A DNA stretch of 64,000 nucleotides from Candidatus Dormiibacterota bacterium (GCA_963709585.1 CAVPXI010000015.1:128001-192000); one strand, 5' to 3'. Shown: positions 20,497 through 31,012, counted from the first letter of the stretch. Translations and numbers: made by a program. Notes: generated by a model from the letters alone, not told the origin.

Positions 20497-21395
20497 TGGG
20501 CGGCTTCCTCGGCGACTGTCAGGGCTGGTCGAGCTCCGGCGTTCGGGTTCTCCAAATAAGCCAGCACCAACTCTTCGAGGCTAGGCTCCTGCGACCGCCA
20601 GCCCGGGGGCGCGACAGGGGGATCCCGCCTCACCAGGAGGGCGCTCTCCCGTTCGCTGTGCTGAGCACTGATCACGGTGGGGTCGGTCGACGCGACGGCC
20701 GGGTCAATCCGCGGACCGATGATGACGCGGTGGTCCTCGCGGATCGTGTCGATGTCGCCGGCGAGTTGCACGTGGCCTTCAGAGAGGATCACCACGTGAT
20801 CGCAAACACGCTCGATATCGGCGATGACGTGGGAGGAGAGCACGACGGTCGTCCCGTCGGCAGCCACAGCGTCGACCAGTTCGGCGAGAAAGTCGCGCCG
20901 CGCCACCGGATCCAACGACGAAGCAGGCTCGTCGAGGAGGAGCAACTCGGGGCGCTTGCCCAGGGCGAGCGCCAGGCTCACCTGGGCACGCTGACCGCCT
21001 GACAACATCCGGATGGGACGGTCGAGTGGGATGTCGCGCTTTCGAATCCGCTCGTGCGCTCCATGCTCGTCCCACTTCGGATTCAGCGCCCGGCCAATGT
21101 GCAGGGTGTCGGCGACCGTGAACCGAGCGTAGAGCGGACGATCCTGGGGCACGTAGCCCACCCGTCCGAGGACAAGGGCCGGCTGCCGCTGCGGCGACCA
21201 GCCGAGTGTCTCGATCCCACCCGCATCCGGGGCAAGGATTCCGATGGCGAGGTTGAGGAGCGTCGTTTTGCCCGCCCCGTTGGGGCCGATCAACGCGGTG
21301 ATCCGGGCGGTTGGAATCCGGAGACAGCAGTCGCGCAACGCCCAGGTGCGGCCGTATCGCTTGCCAAGAGCGGTTGCCTCGATCGCCGGTCTCAT
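20493..21395 (-). CDS. ABC transporter ATP-binding protein (YtrB-like)
   Basis: GPNGAGKTT, LSGGQ, LLDEP. Confidence 0.93.
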   Translation of the reverse strand: MRPAIEATALGKRYGRTWALRDCCLRIPTARITALIGPNGAGKTTLLNLAIGILAPDAGGIETLGWSPQRQPALVLGRVGYVPQDRPLYARFTVADTLHIGRALNPKWDEHGAHERIRKRDIPLDRPIRMLSGGQRAQVSLALALGKRPELLLLDEPASSLDPVARRDFLAELVDAVAADGTTVVLSSHVIADIERVCDHVVILSEGHVQLAGDIDTIREDHRVIIGPRIDPAVASTDPTVISAQHSERESALLVRRDPPVAPPGWRSQEPSLEELVLAYLENPNAGARPALTVAEEAAQ

Positions 21396-21787
21396 GCGAC
21401 CCCTTCCCGATAGGCGTCGACCATGGCCAACTCGAATAGTGCGGAAACAGCCTCTTGGCTCAAGCCGGCCTCTCTGGCCCGCGCCACCCACGCCTGAAGA
21501 GCCGGGCTCAGGTTGCGCTGCGTCGCAGCCGAGATCGGAGCCGGCGCCGTGTCCGCGATAAAGGTTCCGAGTCCTGGCCGGCTAAACGCGATGCCCTCGT
21601 GCTCCAGCTGGGTGTATGCCTTCAGGACAGTGTTGGGGTTGATGGCCAGGGAGGCGACGACCTCACGCGCAGCCGGCAGGCGGTCCCCTGGAGCCAGCAC
21701 CCCACGGAGCACCGCCCGCCTCACCTGCCGGACCAGCTGGGCGTACGCAGGCATCCCCGAGCCGAGCTCCAGTCGTAGGTGTATCAC
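21392..21787 (-). CDS. GntR family (YtrA-like) regulator
   Basis: GDRLP..INPNTVLKAY..LEHEG..GTF; short C-terminus; precedes the ABC genes. Confidence 0.9.
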   Translation of the reverse strand: MIHLRLELGSGMPAYAQLVRQVRRAVLRGVLAPGDRLPAAREVVASLAINPNTVLKAYTQLEHEGIAFSRPGLGTFIADTAPAPISAATQRNLSPALQAWVARAREAGLSQEAVSALFELAMVDAYREGVA

Positions 21788-21800
21788 TTCACTAGCTCCA

Positions 21801-21822
21801 TAGTGAATACTATAATAGACGT
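21801..21822. promoter_or_regulatory. AT-rich putative YtrA operator/promoter
   Basis: TAGTGAATACTATAATAGACGT immediately upstream of gntR. Confidence 0.4.
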
Positions 21823-21922
21823 AGTTCGGAGGCACCGTCCGACTGCGCGACGACTTGGAAAGCACGTATGGGCAATCTGGAAGCCGAGTCGTTAGTTCCG
21901 GCCGCCCAGGCGTTCTATAGGC

Positions 21923-22162
21923 ATGAACGTCGACAAGTCCGCAACCACGATGATCCTATCCGCAATCGATTCGAGGGCTCGCTGGGCAGCCCGCTGGCTA
22001 CGGTCCCTGCGTGGCCAGGACGATGACGAGCGTGGTCAAGGGATGGTCGAGTACGCGCTCATCCTCGTCCTCATCGCCATCGTCGTGATCGTCGTCCTCC
22101 AGGTGGTCGGTCAGCAAGTCAACAACGTCTTCTCGAATGTGAGCAACGGCCTGTCCTCATAG
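21923..22162 (+). CDS. flp: Flp/Fap type IVc pilin
   Basis: G|QGMVEYALIL prepilin motif followed by a hydrophobic helix. Confidence 0.88.
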   Translation: MNVDKSATTMILSAIDSRARWAARWLRSLRGQDDDERGQGMVEYALILVLIAIVVIVVLQVVGQQVNNVFSNVSNGLSS

Positions 22163-22283
22163 GTCCGACCGAGGACAGCCACGGACGAAATCCTGCGCAA
22201 AGTCGATTTTGGGCGTGGCTGGGCTGTTCTCGATTCAGTTTGAATAGTCACGCCGCCCGGAGAGATGGACCGATGAACAGAGC

Positions 22284-23179
22284 TCAGCTCTGCTCGGGAG
22301 GAAGCGCCGCCAACTCGAGGCGACGCACGCGCTCGGGATCCGCAATCAGATCCATCTCAACGATCCTCCCGTCGCGGATCGCGAAGATGCCGACTCCGAA
22401 GAGCCGACCACGCGGCGCGACGACAACGCCCACCGCTCCATTGACGAGCGCCAGCCCGGTGAAACGAACGCCGCCCGACCATGCGAGGGCCCCCCGCGCC
22501 ACCGCCGCGGCGCCGCGGAGCTCTCGCGCCCCTGCCCCGCGCCCCGCGGTGCTATCGACCCGGAAGACGATGTCCGGGTCAAGCACTGCGAGCAGCCCGT
22601 CGAAGTCGCCGCTGCGCGAGGCGGCGAGAAAGGCGCTGACAACTTCCCGCTGCCGGGCGAGATCCGTCGGAGGAGTTGCCACGGAACCCCGAACCCGCCG
22701 GCGGGCGCGGCTCGCGAGCTGCCGCGCAGCCGCGGGCGTACGCCCGACAAGCGGCGCGATCTCATCGAAGGGCATGGCGAAGGTGTCGTGGAGCACGAAC
22801 GCGAGGCGCTCGGCGGGCGACAACGTTTCAAGAACGACGAGCAGCGCCAGCCCCACCGAGTTCGGCCATGAGCACCTCGTACTCGGGGTCGGTGCCATCT
22901 GTGCGAGCAAGCGCCGTCGCGGCGGAATAGGACGGCAGAGGTTCCTCGCGCCGCGACTTCCGGGAGCGCAGCATGTTCAAGCACACGCGCGCCACAACGG
23001 TCGTGAGCCATGCGGTGAGGTTCTCAACGCCGGACGCGCCGGAGCGGCTCAGCCGCAGCCAGGACTTCCTGCACCGCATCGTCCGCCTCGCTCAGCGAGC
23101 CGAGCATGCGGTAGGCCACGCCCCGCAGGCGGATGCGGTCGGCCTCGAATCGGTCTGCCAGCCATTGGTCCTGGTTCAT
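22284..23179 (-). pseudogene. ECF41/SigJ-type sigma factor with SnoaL-like extension; two +1 frameshifts (near 23066 and 22860)
   Basis: VAYRMLGSLSEADDAVQE / SWLRL..WLTTVVAR / LSPAERLAFVLHD..FLAAS..VNGAVG. Confidence 0.85.
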
Positions 23180-23180
23180 C

Positions 23181-23242
23181 GGTCACATTCCCTCATCGCT
23201 CGGTGTCACCACATTGACCCGCGAAGCAGCACCGATGTGACC
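23181..23242. promoter_or_regulatory. Two face-to-face ECF41-type promoters
   Basis: + strand GGTCACA-N16-TGTC (23181-23207); - strand GGTCACA-N16-GGTC (23242-23216); ECF41 consensus is TGTCACA-N16-CGTC. Confidence 0.65.
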
Positions 23243-23298
23243 ACACGAGCAGCGCCGGCGTTGGCTCCGTCTCAACCTCGCGATCTGGAGGCCCTGCG

Positions 23299-24151
23299 AT
23301 GACATCACCAATCCTGGTTACCGGTGGCACCGGAACCCTCGGGCGCCACGTCGTCCGGCATCTGCGCGGCGCCGGTCGCGAGGTGCGCGTCCTCAGCCGC
23401 CACGGCGGAGAGCCAGAACCCGGCGTCCAGGCGGTGACCGCCGACCTGGTCACGGGCGACGGCGTTGACGAGGCGGTGCGCGGCGTCGAAACAATCGTCC
23501 ACTGTGCGGGTAACTTCAAAGGAGACGCAGCGATGACTGCCAACCTTTCGCGAGCTGCCTCGAAGGCAGGAGCACCGTATCTGGTGTACATCTCCGTCGT
23601 CGGCACCGACCGCGTCCCCGTGGTGGGGCTCGGCCGCCTCGCCTTCGCATACTTTGGTGCCAAGCGCGAGGCGGAACGGGTCGTCGCCGACTCGGGTTTG
23701 CCGTGGACGATTCTGCGCGCGACGCAGTTCTACGACCTTTTCCTCACGGTGTCCAAGGCGCTTGCGAAGCTTCCGCTGGCACCGATTCCGGCTGGCTTTC
23801 GCTTTCAACCAGTCGACGCCGACGAGGTGGCGGCACGAACTCGTCGAACTCGCTCTCGGCGGGCCCGCGGGCTTTGCGCCGGACTTCGGCGGCCCCCGCG
23901 TCTACGCGATGGTCGACCTCTTCCGGAGCTACCTTCGCGCCACCGGACGCCGCCGGGTCGTAGTGCCCGTATGGCTGCCGGGGACGTCGGCCCGCGCGGT
24001 GCGCGCCGGAGGCAACCGCGTCGCGCCTCGCGTCCCTTCGCCCCCGGCGGGCATCAAGACCTGGGAGGAGTTCCTGGTCGAGCGAACGACCATGGCGGGC
24101 GCCACGCCGTTGGAGGCAACATCGCCGGGAAGTATCGCTACCCATTCTTGA
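23299..24151 (+). pseudogene. NAD(P)H-binding SDR/NmrA-like oxidoreductase, frameshift near 23838
   Basis: ILVTGGTGTLG, YFGAK, ILRATQF; C-terminal part (DFGGPR..TWEEFL) is in another frame. Confidence 0.85.
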
Positions 24152-24373
24152 ACCCGTCTAACGCCGGGTACGGGCGTCCTCGTCTACATTCTGGCGATCT
24201 TCGTGTTCGCGCTTCTTGTATCCGCAGTTGACGTGTGGCTCGCAAATGCCCCCGAAGCCGCAACGGCGCCACTCGCGGCCTTTGGTAGGAGGACCCCAGG
24301 TACGTTCGTGGGATGTCTGGCCTGCGCGACCAACTCCTCATCTGCGGCGAACCACCTGGCCTTCACCCAATGA

Positions 24374-24832
24374 TCATGCTTTGGCGACGGCGAGCCGAGC
24401 GACGGCTCGCTCAGCGGCGTGCCGGACCCGAGCCACGGGATCTTCGCGCAAGCTCGCCACGTTGGTGAGCAGGTCCCCGACCAGGTGTCTAGCGACCACT
24501 TTGGCCGCCATCTCCCGCACTCGCCATGCATCGTCCAGGAGCGCCCCGCGGAGCGCGTCGACCGCCGTTCCGTCCCATGCCCACAGCAGACCGCGGGTCG
24601 CCCAAACGCGAAGCCACAGCATTTCGTCAGCGTGCGAGTTGCCCAGCAATATCTGCCGCGCCGAAGATCCACCCAGGATGATGATCAGCTGCCTATCGCT
24701 TCGATCGCCACCCAACAGGGCGACGCACCCCGACACGACTGCTTGCGTGCCGCGATCGGCGCATTGCGCTTCGATGCGCCGACGCGGAGTCGCTTCGGGG
24801 TGAGGTGTTGACGACATGAGCAGATCATCCAC
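24374..24832 (-). CDS. HEAT-repeat protein
   Basis: LLDDAWRVREMAAK, EDPVARVRHAA. Confidence 0.75.
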   Translation of the reverse strand: MDDLLMSSTPHPEATPRRRIEAQCADRGTQAVVSGCVALLGGDRSDRQLIIILGGSSARQILLGNSHADEMLWLRVWATRGLLWAWDGTAVDALRGALLDDAWRVREMAAKVVARHLVGDLLTNVASLREDPVARVRHAAERAVARLAVAKA

Positions 24833-24869
24833 CCCTCGATTGCTGCCCCAGAATCGGGTACTCAGCGAG

Positions 24870-25808
24870 CTACCAGTTGACCCGGTCTGTCGATAGACCC
24901 GCTCGCTGCATTCTTTCCTGAGCCTCTTTGGGAGTGAGGATCAGGAATGGGTCCTCACCGCCGAGGCTCGCCTTCTTGGCTTCGAACGCGCGCGCCCAAA
25001 GGCCTGCTGCCCAGCTCTCCTCGATCCAACCCTTAGAGGGGGCGGCGCCCCGCGCCATCAAATAACCGTCAAGGAACTCCTCAGTCTGCTCGATCGTGGC
25101 GACCTCGCCGACTGGCCACACGGCGGCGGCTTGCCCCACGATGGCGGTCTCAGGCTGCGCAACCACACTGTCCCAGTCATGCACTGCGAGGAGTTTGTCG
25201 CCGTGCCACTGCAGATTCCCTGAGTAGTAGTCACCATGACCGACAACACAGGGCGACGCAATGCCGAGCAGGCGGGCCCGCGCCGACCGAGCGATGTCGT
25301 CGAGCCAAGGGTCGCCTTCATGAGCGTTCAGGTCACCGTCGCGATCGTCGGGCTCGGGCCAGAGCGCTTCGTCGCCGCGATCCCATCCAACCCACGGTGG
25401 TGACGGCGCCAGCGTTCCGATGTCGGACGGTGACGGCGCCGATCGAACCAGCAAGGCCAATCCCTCGGCGAAGCGCCGCGCCATCGGCACGTTAGGGGCC
25501 TGACCGCCGCCCTCAACCAACTGCTCAGCCGATAGTGCATAGCCGTCACCCCATCTGTCCGGGCCGACGAGCAGTTCCGGCGCCGGAAAGCCGGACGCGA
25601 ACAGTGCCCGCTGAACCTGAGCGCAAGCAACTAGGCGATCTTGCCATTCGCGGGCCTTCACCACGATCCGGCGACCGTTGAACAACTCGACGCCTACCAC
25701 TTGCGAAAGGTAGCCGCCCTCGAACAACGTCGCCGCCGGCCCAGATCCGAAGGACTCGACGCACCACGCTGTAATCGCGTTTGGCGTGATATTGGGGCGG
25801 CGCTGCAT
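24870..25808 (-). CDS. Aminoglycoside phosphotransferase-like kinase
   Basis: VVK, HGDYYSGN, HDWD. Confidence 0.8.
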   Translation of the reverse strand: MQRRPNITPNAITAWCVESFGSGPAATLFEGGYLSQVVGVELFNGRRIVVKAREWQDRLVACAQVQRALFASGFPAPELLVGPDRWGDGYALSAEQLVEGGGQAPNVPMARRFAEGLALLVRSAPSPSDIGTLAPSPPWVGWDRGDEALWPEPDDRDGDLNAHEGDPWLDDIARSARARLLGIASPCVVGHGDYYSGNLQWHGDKLLAVHDWDSVVAQPETAIVGQAAAVWPVGEVATIEQTEEFLDGYLMARGAAPSKGWIEESWAAGLWARAFEAKKASLGGEDPFLILTPKEAQERMQRAGLSTDRVNW

Positions 25809-25923
25809 CGCTTCATATTGCCTGCGGTGAAAGCAGGTGTGGAATCACCGAGAAAGTAATCTCCGCGCTTGCACGCTCCCAGCCACCCGACGCCTGGCCA
25901 ATTCGGCTGGTGACGGGTCGCCC

Positions 25924-26472
25924 TTATAGGACGAAGGGCACGAGCATCTTGGTCGAGCGGCTATACGCCGGGTAAGTGTCGGGGAACTGGTCGGTCAGGT
26001 TGCGCTCCTCGATGGTCGCGCTATAGACGAAGTAGACCCCGGCCAGGGCCACGGCGATCAGCCAAGCCCAGCTGAGCGCCACGGCAGTGCCCACGCCAGC
26101 GACCAGGATGCCAGAGTAGATGGGATGGCGGACCAGACGATAGGGACCGCTGGTCACCAGGTCCGGGTCATCCTTCTGTGACATTGGGGTGCCCCAGTTG
26201 CGCCCGATGTTGATGCGGGCCCATACGGCGAACCCCAGTCCGACCGCGAAGAGCACGAGCCCGAGGCCAGCGCGCCACGGATCCGAGTTGAGGCCGTTGT
26301 TTTGGAAGGCCCCGAAGCGGAACAAGATGATCGCAAGGACGAAGATTACCGCCCTGATGCGCAGCTCGCGGGACCAAGCGACGCGCTCCCTCTTCATCGA
26401 GAAGGCTGCCACGAGCCAGTAGGTCCAGAATACGAGCCACCCTACGGCGAAGACGATTTCGACGGCGGACAT
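25924..26472 (-). CDS. Isoprenylcysteine carboxylmethyltransferase family protein
   Basis: LVTSGPYRLVRHPIYSG, EE..L, YPAY. Confidence 0.9.
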   Translation of the reverse strand: MSAVEIVFAVGWLVFWTYWLVAAFSMKRERVAWSRELRIRAVIFVLAIILFRFGAFQNNGLNSDPWRAGLGLVLFAVGLGFAVWARINIGRNWGTPMSQKDDPDLVTSGPYRLVRHPIYSGILVAGVGTAVALSWAWLIAVALAGVYFVYSATIEERNLTDQFPDTYPAYSRSTKMLVPFVL

Positions 26473-26838
26473 GCGACTTCTACCATACCCGGCGATATGC
26501 CGCGAGGAGGCGCAAGGTATGGGGTCGTGGCAGAACGCGCGAGAAGCTGCTCCTCTGTGCCGCGCGCTGCTAGCGCGTTGCCGATTTCTACCTAGCGTTC
26601 GCTAACCGCGATCATCATCGTCCGCCGGATCATCAGTGGAAGGCTGGCAGCGTTACCGTGGTCCCCGAGCTTCAGGTACATCACGGACCTACCATATTGG
26701 AGCAGCGAATGACCGGGCGGACGTGTAATCCCCCGACGATGGCTATCGTGGACGCCGAGCGACTTCGCCAAATCGGACCGCCCTCCCTGGAGCGAGCATG
26801 AGTGTCACCCTCCCCGCGGATCCTGTCACCACAAACAT

Positions 26839-27795
26839 GTGGTGGACAATCGACGTGCGGTCATTCGAACGGTGGACCTGACCAAGATCTACACGGGGAC
26901 GGTGAAGGCAGTCGACAGCCTCAACCTGACTGTCTACCAGGGCGAGATATTCGGGCTGCTCGGTCCAAACGGTGCCGGGAAGACGACCACCGCGAGCATG
27001 CTCACCACACGGACCATCCCGACGCATGGTCAGGCGTTCGTCGGCGATGTGGACGTGGTCGTGCATCCGGCGATCGCCAAGCAGCTGATCGGTGTCGTGC
27101 CACAGACCAACACCCTCGATCGAGCGCTCACCGTCTGGGAGAACCTGTATTTCCACGGTCGGTTCTTCGGCATGGGAGCGCGTGCGTCGCGCGCGGCAGC
27201 CGACGAGATGCTCATGCGCTTCCGGCTCACCGAGCGCGCCAAGGCTCCGGTCATGGCGCTCTCCGGCGGGCTCGCCCAACGCCTGATGGTGGCTCGGGCC
27301 ATCGTGCACAACCCGGCCGTGCTCTTCCTCGACGAGCCGACCGCCGGTCTCGACCCGCAGAGCCGGATCGCGCTCTGGGAGATCCTCGGTGAGTTGCACA
27401 CCGGCGGGCAGACGGTCCTGCTGACAACCCACAACATGGAGGAGGCCGACAGCCTCTGCAATCGAATCGGCATCATGGACCACGGCAGGATCCTTGCCCT
27501 GGACACGCCGATTCGCCTGAAGGAGACTATCGGCGCGGACACGTTGGTCACGATCACCGCCGACGGTGATCTCGAAGCACTCGCGGCGCGGCTGCGTGAG
27601 GACGTTGCCGGCGTGCAATCGGCCGTGACACGCAAGGGAACCCTCCAACTCGCTGTTCGCGTAGGGGATCGGGTGCTGCTCCGAGTCATCGACAGCGCAG
27701 ACCGCGGGGGCTTCGTCGTCCGCGATGTCCAAGTTGCCGAGCCGAACCTCGAGACCGTGTTCATCAATCTGACCGGAAAGGAACTTCGCGAATGA
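26839..27795 (+). CDS. ABC transporter ATP-binding protein (DrrA-like)
   Basis: GPNGAGKTT, LSGG, FLDEPTAGLD. Confidence 0.93.
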   Translation: MVDNRRAVIRTVDLTKIYTGTVKAVDSLNLTVYQGEIFGLLGPNGAGKTTTASMLTTRTIPTHGQAFVGDVDVVVHPAIAKQLIGVVPQTNTLDRALTVWENLYFHGRFFGMGARASRAAADEMLMRFRLTERAKAPVMALSGGLAQRLMVARAIVHNPAVLFLDEPTAGLDPQSRIALWEILGELHTGGQTVLLTTHNMEEADSLCNRIGIMDHGRILALDTPIRLKETIGADTLVTITADGDLEALAARLREDVAGVQSAVTRKGTLQLAVRVGDRVLLRVIDSADRGGFVVRDVQVAEPNLETVFINLTGKELRE

Positions 27796-28679
27796 CCGCG
27801 GTCACGACCACCCAGGCGCATGTCGGCACGGCGCCCAGCCCCCCGCCCCTGCGCTCGTCGTTCACCTCTTCCCGGATCGCTTTCGGTGCGATGCTCCTGC
27901 GCGATCTGGTCGTGTTGAAGAAGCGGCTGCGTGAGTTCATTCCGCGCACGGTGATCCAGCCGTTCCTGCTTTGCTTCGTCTTCCTCTACGTCTTTCCGAC
28001 CATCGGTCAAGGAGTTGGCGGTGGCCATGGCGCAGCAGGAGAGTCGGCGTTCGCCACGATCCTGGTCGCGGGCGTCGTCGGTCTCTCGATCATGTTCCAG
28101 GGGATTCAGGCGGTGGCGCTGCCGATGGTCCAGGAGTTCGGCTACACAAAGGAGATCGAGGACCGCGTGCTCGCGCCGCTTCCCGTGTCGCTCGTCGCAA
28201 TCGAGAAGGTCCTGTTCGGGGCGATCCAGGGCCTGCTTGCGGCGGCGATCGTATTCCCGATAGCGGCTGTCGTCCACGCGACTGGGGTGCACATCAACCT
28301 CCAAGTGCACTGGCTCGAGTTGATCACACTGATTCCGCTCAGTTGCATCGCCTGTTCATCGCTGGGCCTGACGTTCGGCACGATCTTCGACCCGCGGACG
28401 GTGCCCTTGCTCTTCGGGATCATCATCCTTCCGCTGACGTTTCTCGGCGGAACGTACTACTCCTGGACCACGCTCGCGCCGGTGACGATCGGCGGGTTCC
28501 ACTGGTTGCAGATCCTCGTGCTCGTCAATCCGTTGATCTACATCAACGAGGGAATGCGCGGCGCGCTGACAAGTGCGCCGCACATGTCGCTCTGGGTGGT
28601 GTACCCGGTGCTGCTGGGATTCAGCGCGCTCTTCCTCTGGACTGGGACGCGCAACTTCCGGCGCCGTGTGATCAGCTGA
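27792..28679 (+). CDS. ABC-2 permease (DrrB-like)
   Basis: About 6 TM helices, EIEDRVLAP, NPLIY; ATGA overlap. Confidence 0.9.
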   Translation: MTAVTTTQAHVGTAPSPPPLRSSFTSSRIAFGAMLLRDLVVLKKRLREFIPRTVIQPFLLCFVFLYVFPTIGQGVGGGHGAAGESAFATILVAGVVGLSIMFQGIQAVALPMVQEFGYTKEIEDRVLAPLPVSLVAIEKVLFGAIQGLLAAAIVFPIAAVVHATGVHINLQVHWLELITLIPLSCIACSSLGLTFGTIFDPRTVPLLFGIIILPLTFLGGTYYSWTTLAPVTIGGFHWLQILVLVNPLIYINEGMRGALTSAPHMSLWVVYPVLLGFSALFLWTGTRNFRRRVIS

Positions 28680-28717
28680 TGCGGGGAGGACGTCCCCCTT
28701 TCTAGCCGGTACGACAG

Positions 28718-28795
28718 GCTCACAAGGTGCAGCGTTGTATCCAAGATGATGGTGCCGAGGGACAGGATCGAACTTGTCGACACCAGGTTTTTCAG
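28718..28795 (-). repeat. att site: duplicated tRNA-Phe 3' half plus downstream flank
   Basis: 28750-28795 matches 48011-48055 with 1 mismatch and 1 inserted base; 28718-28749 matches 47980-48010 (26/32 by eye). Confidence 0.9.
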
Positions 28796-28829
28796 CCGCG
28801 CGAACTGACGTTCGCCGACGTCCTTAGAG

Positions 28830-28923
28830 GTCCACCATCGTATTCAGGCGGGCTGTCATGAGGCGGTTAGCGTCCACCATTTATCATCAACGTCCACGCA
28901 CGAAGGTGTCAGCTAAGGTGTCA
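28830..28923. repeat. Putative integrase arm-type/accessory binding sites
   Basis: GTCCAC x3 (28830, 28872, 28892) and AAGGTGTCA x2 (28903, 28915), just inside att. Confidence 0.45.
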
Positions 28924-29056
28924 TTTGAGGACGGCACCGTTTCGCCGGATGCCCTGCTTGACGACGACTATCTGGACTGTGTAATCGCCTCTGGTGACAT
29001 AACGCTCGTGTGCGCCACCATCACGTTCTTCGGCCCGCTCTGTCACCCTAAAAGCC

Positions 29057-29560
29057 GTGGAGCTCGTACACGCAGACCCGGCCGACGCGGTGGCGTTACG
29101 AGACCTGCATCTCCTTACCTGGGAGGTGACGTATCGGCCTCATGCGCCCGAGGCGTGGTACTGCGAGCGACTCGTTGCGCATTCTGTCCGCGATTGGGGC
29201 GAGATTGTGCGCTCTCAGACTGACCGAGGTGGCGGGGTACTGACCGCCAGATCCGGTGGGCGGATTGACGGCCTCTGCCAGTACGGCCCGAGTGAAGACC
29301 ATGATCACAACACCGAGGAAGTGGGACAGATCCACCGCCTTTACGTGCACCCAGCACGACAGAGAATTGGGATCGGGCGATCACTACTCACCGCGTCGGT
29401 GGGCCACCTTCGCCAAGGCGGCGCGCACACAGCGACCCTGTGGGTTCTCGAGACGGATCAGGGCGCCAGGGCCTTCTACGAACGACTGGGCTGGAAACCC
29501 GACGGAACCCGCCAAACTCATCCGCCCACCGACCTCCGCTACCGACTGCCTCTCCGCTGA
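29057..29560 (+). CDS. GNAT acetyltransferase
   Basis: LYVHPARQRIGIGRSL, LWVLE..ARAFYERLGW. Confidence 0.9.
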   Translation: MELVHADPADAVALRDLHLLTWEVTYRPHAPEAWYCERLVAHSVRDWGEIVRSQTDRGGGVLTARSGGRIDGLCQYGPSEDHDHNTEEVGQIHRLYVHPARQRIGIGRSLLTASVGHLRQGGAHTATLWVLETDQGARAFYERLGWKPDGTRQTHPPTDLRYRLPLR

Positions 29561-29582
29561 GGGGGGCTGGTTGAGCTTTAGC

Positions 29583-29607
29583 CTCTGGCGACTTTGGCGG
29601 ACCCTGG
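29583..29607 (+). repeat. Cassette-boundary site
   Basis: CTCTGG-CGACTTTGGCGGACC-CTGG. Confidence 0.55.
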
Positions 29608-29686
29608 CCTGCAGAAGGTAACTCGCACCTGGCCCGCTTGGCCTCGCGGCTATCGGGGGCCCTCGTCTCAGCGTCATGCTTGGTAC

Positions 29687-29947
29687 GTGCGGCATGCAAC
29701 GCAGGAAGACCTTGATCAGGTCGAGGCACTACTGGTGGAGCTCCGCAAGCTTCCCCAGTTGCGAGAGCGCAAGCGTGGTTACTTCTCGAGGGACTCCCGG
29801 GCGTTCCTTCATTTCCACGAAGACGCCGGCGACCTTTACGTCGACGTGAGACTCGACAGCGCGTTCCGTCGCGCGAGGGTCACCAGCGGCACGGAACAGG
29901 CCGATCTTCTCGCACGGGTGCGCAGGGCACTCCAGTCGACCTCTTGA
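29687..29947 (+). CDS. Small hypothetical protein
   Basis: VRHAT..RAFLHFHED..YVDVRL; CATGCT -10-like hexamer just upstream. Confidence 0.7.
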   Translation: MRHATQEDLDQVEALLVELRKLPQLRERKRGYFSRDSRAFLHFHEDAGDLYVDVRLDSAFRRARVTSGTEQADLLARVRRALQSTS

Positions 29948-30175
29948 CTTGCCGGAGCGAGCTTCCACGAGCGGAATAGCGCCGTAACGGTGGGACGCTA
30001 ATGCCGCTGATTAGTCCGTCTAACCCCGTTCGAGCTGTTTGACGGTCCGCAACCACAGATTGGGTCGGCAAGCGGTCGCCCGGGGTGGCGAACGCGGTCG
30101 TCAAGAGACATTGGCGAATGCTGGCCTGCGCGAGGATCCCGTCCTCTTCGTGGTCCGAAAAAATGATGTACTTGC

Positions 30176-30916
30176 TCAGCTTGAAGAGCGTTGCGCCCGG
30201 GGTGGCATCGCGCACCAAGCGCTTCCCGTCCACCAGTAGTTGCCGTCGGGCGAGCGGAGAGCGTTATCGGGCACCGCGGCGGTGGCGCTTACCCACACAT
30301 TGCCGTTCCACCACATGCGGTCAGTCACGCTCATCCAGGTATCGGCATTCCGCCACCACGTCCCATCGGGAGACATGACGTAGCTTGGTGCGAGACCGGC
30401 GAGAATCGTGCGCTTGACATCGCGATTGGAATAGGCATTGGCAATGAACAAGCACACCACGAAAGTGCTGGCTGGTAGCCACCACAAGATCGCCCCGTAC
30501 GCGGTCGGGCCGGTCGTCGGGAAGAGCCAGGAAGAGACGCCCCATGCGAGCGATTCCGGAATCACAAAGGCCATTCCAAGCCAAAGCTTGGCTGCTGGGG
30601 TTGCAGTGAGCCCCTGCCAGAACACGTGTGACTGCGCGGGGTGCGGCCTTCCAGCCGTCACGATGAATGCGAGGCCGTACGCAGTTGCGAGAACCGCCAA
30701 CGTGACGTCAACGGCGACAAAAGGGGTGCCGAGGACGGCTGCCGTAACGCGCGCCGCTGGCGCCTCAAAAAGCGATGCGAGAAGCACTCCGTAGGCCAGT
30801 GCATGAGGAACTCTCGGCCAGAACCGTGGCCTCCGCCCGGTCGGTACCCTCCAAGGTACCCGGCGCCATCTCGCCCTCGGCGGCGCGACCAGCCCAAGGT
30901 GAGTCTCCGCATCCAT
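30176..30916 (-). CDS. Membrane protein with Trp-rich SPDGxxWW repeats
   Basis: 4 TM helices, then SPDGTWW..MWWNG..SPDGNYWWTG. Confidence 0.7.
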   Translation of the reverse strand: MDAETHLGLVAPPRARWRRVPWRVPTGRRPRFWPRVPHALAYGVLLASLFEAPAARVTAAVLGTPFVAVDVTLAVLATAYGLAFIVTAGRPHPAQSHVFWQGLTATPAAKLWLGMAFVIPESLAWGVSSWLFPTTGPTAYGAILWWLPASTFVVCLFIANAYSNRDVKRTILAGLAPSYVMSPDGTWWRNADTWMSVTDRMWWNGNVWVSATAAVPDNALRSPDGNYWWTGSAWCAMPPRAQRSSS

Positions 30917-31012
30917 CCCTGTCAGCGTAGCCGCCTGACCATCAGAAGTCATGGGGGCTCGGCTGCCCATCCCGGTCCATGATTGCCGTAAGGGCCGAGA
31001 ACTGACCTTCGG

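Noticed and set aside
24829-24853. Possible minus-strand boundary site TTCTGG-N15-GTGG
   Set aside because: Weak match, opposite orientation and overlapping a start codon; needs PWM scoring.
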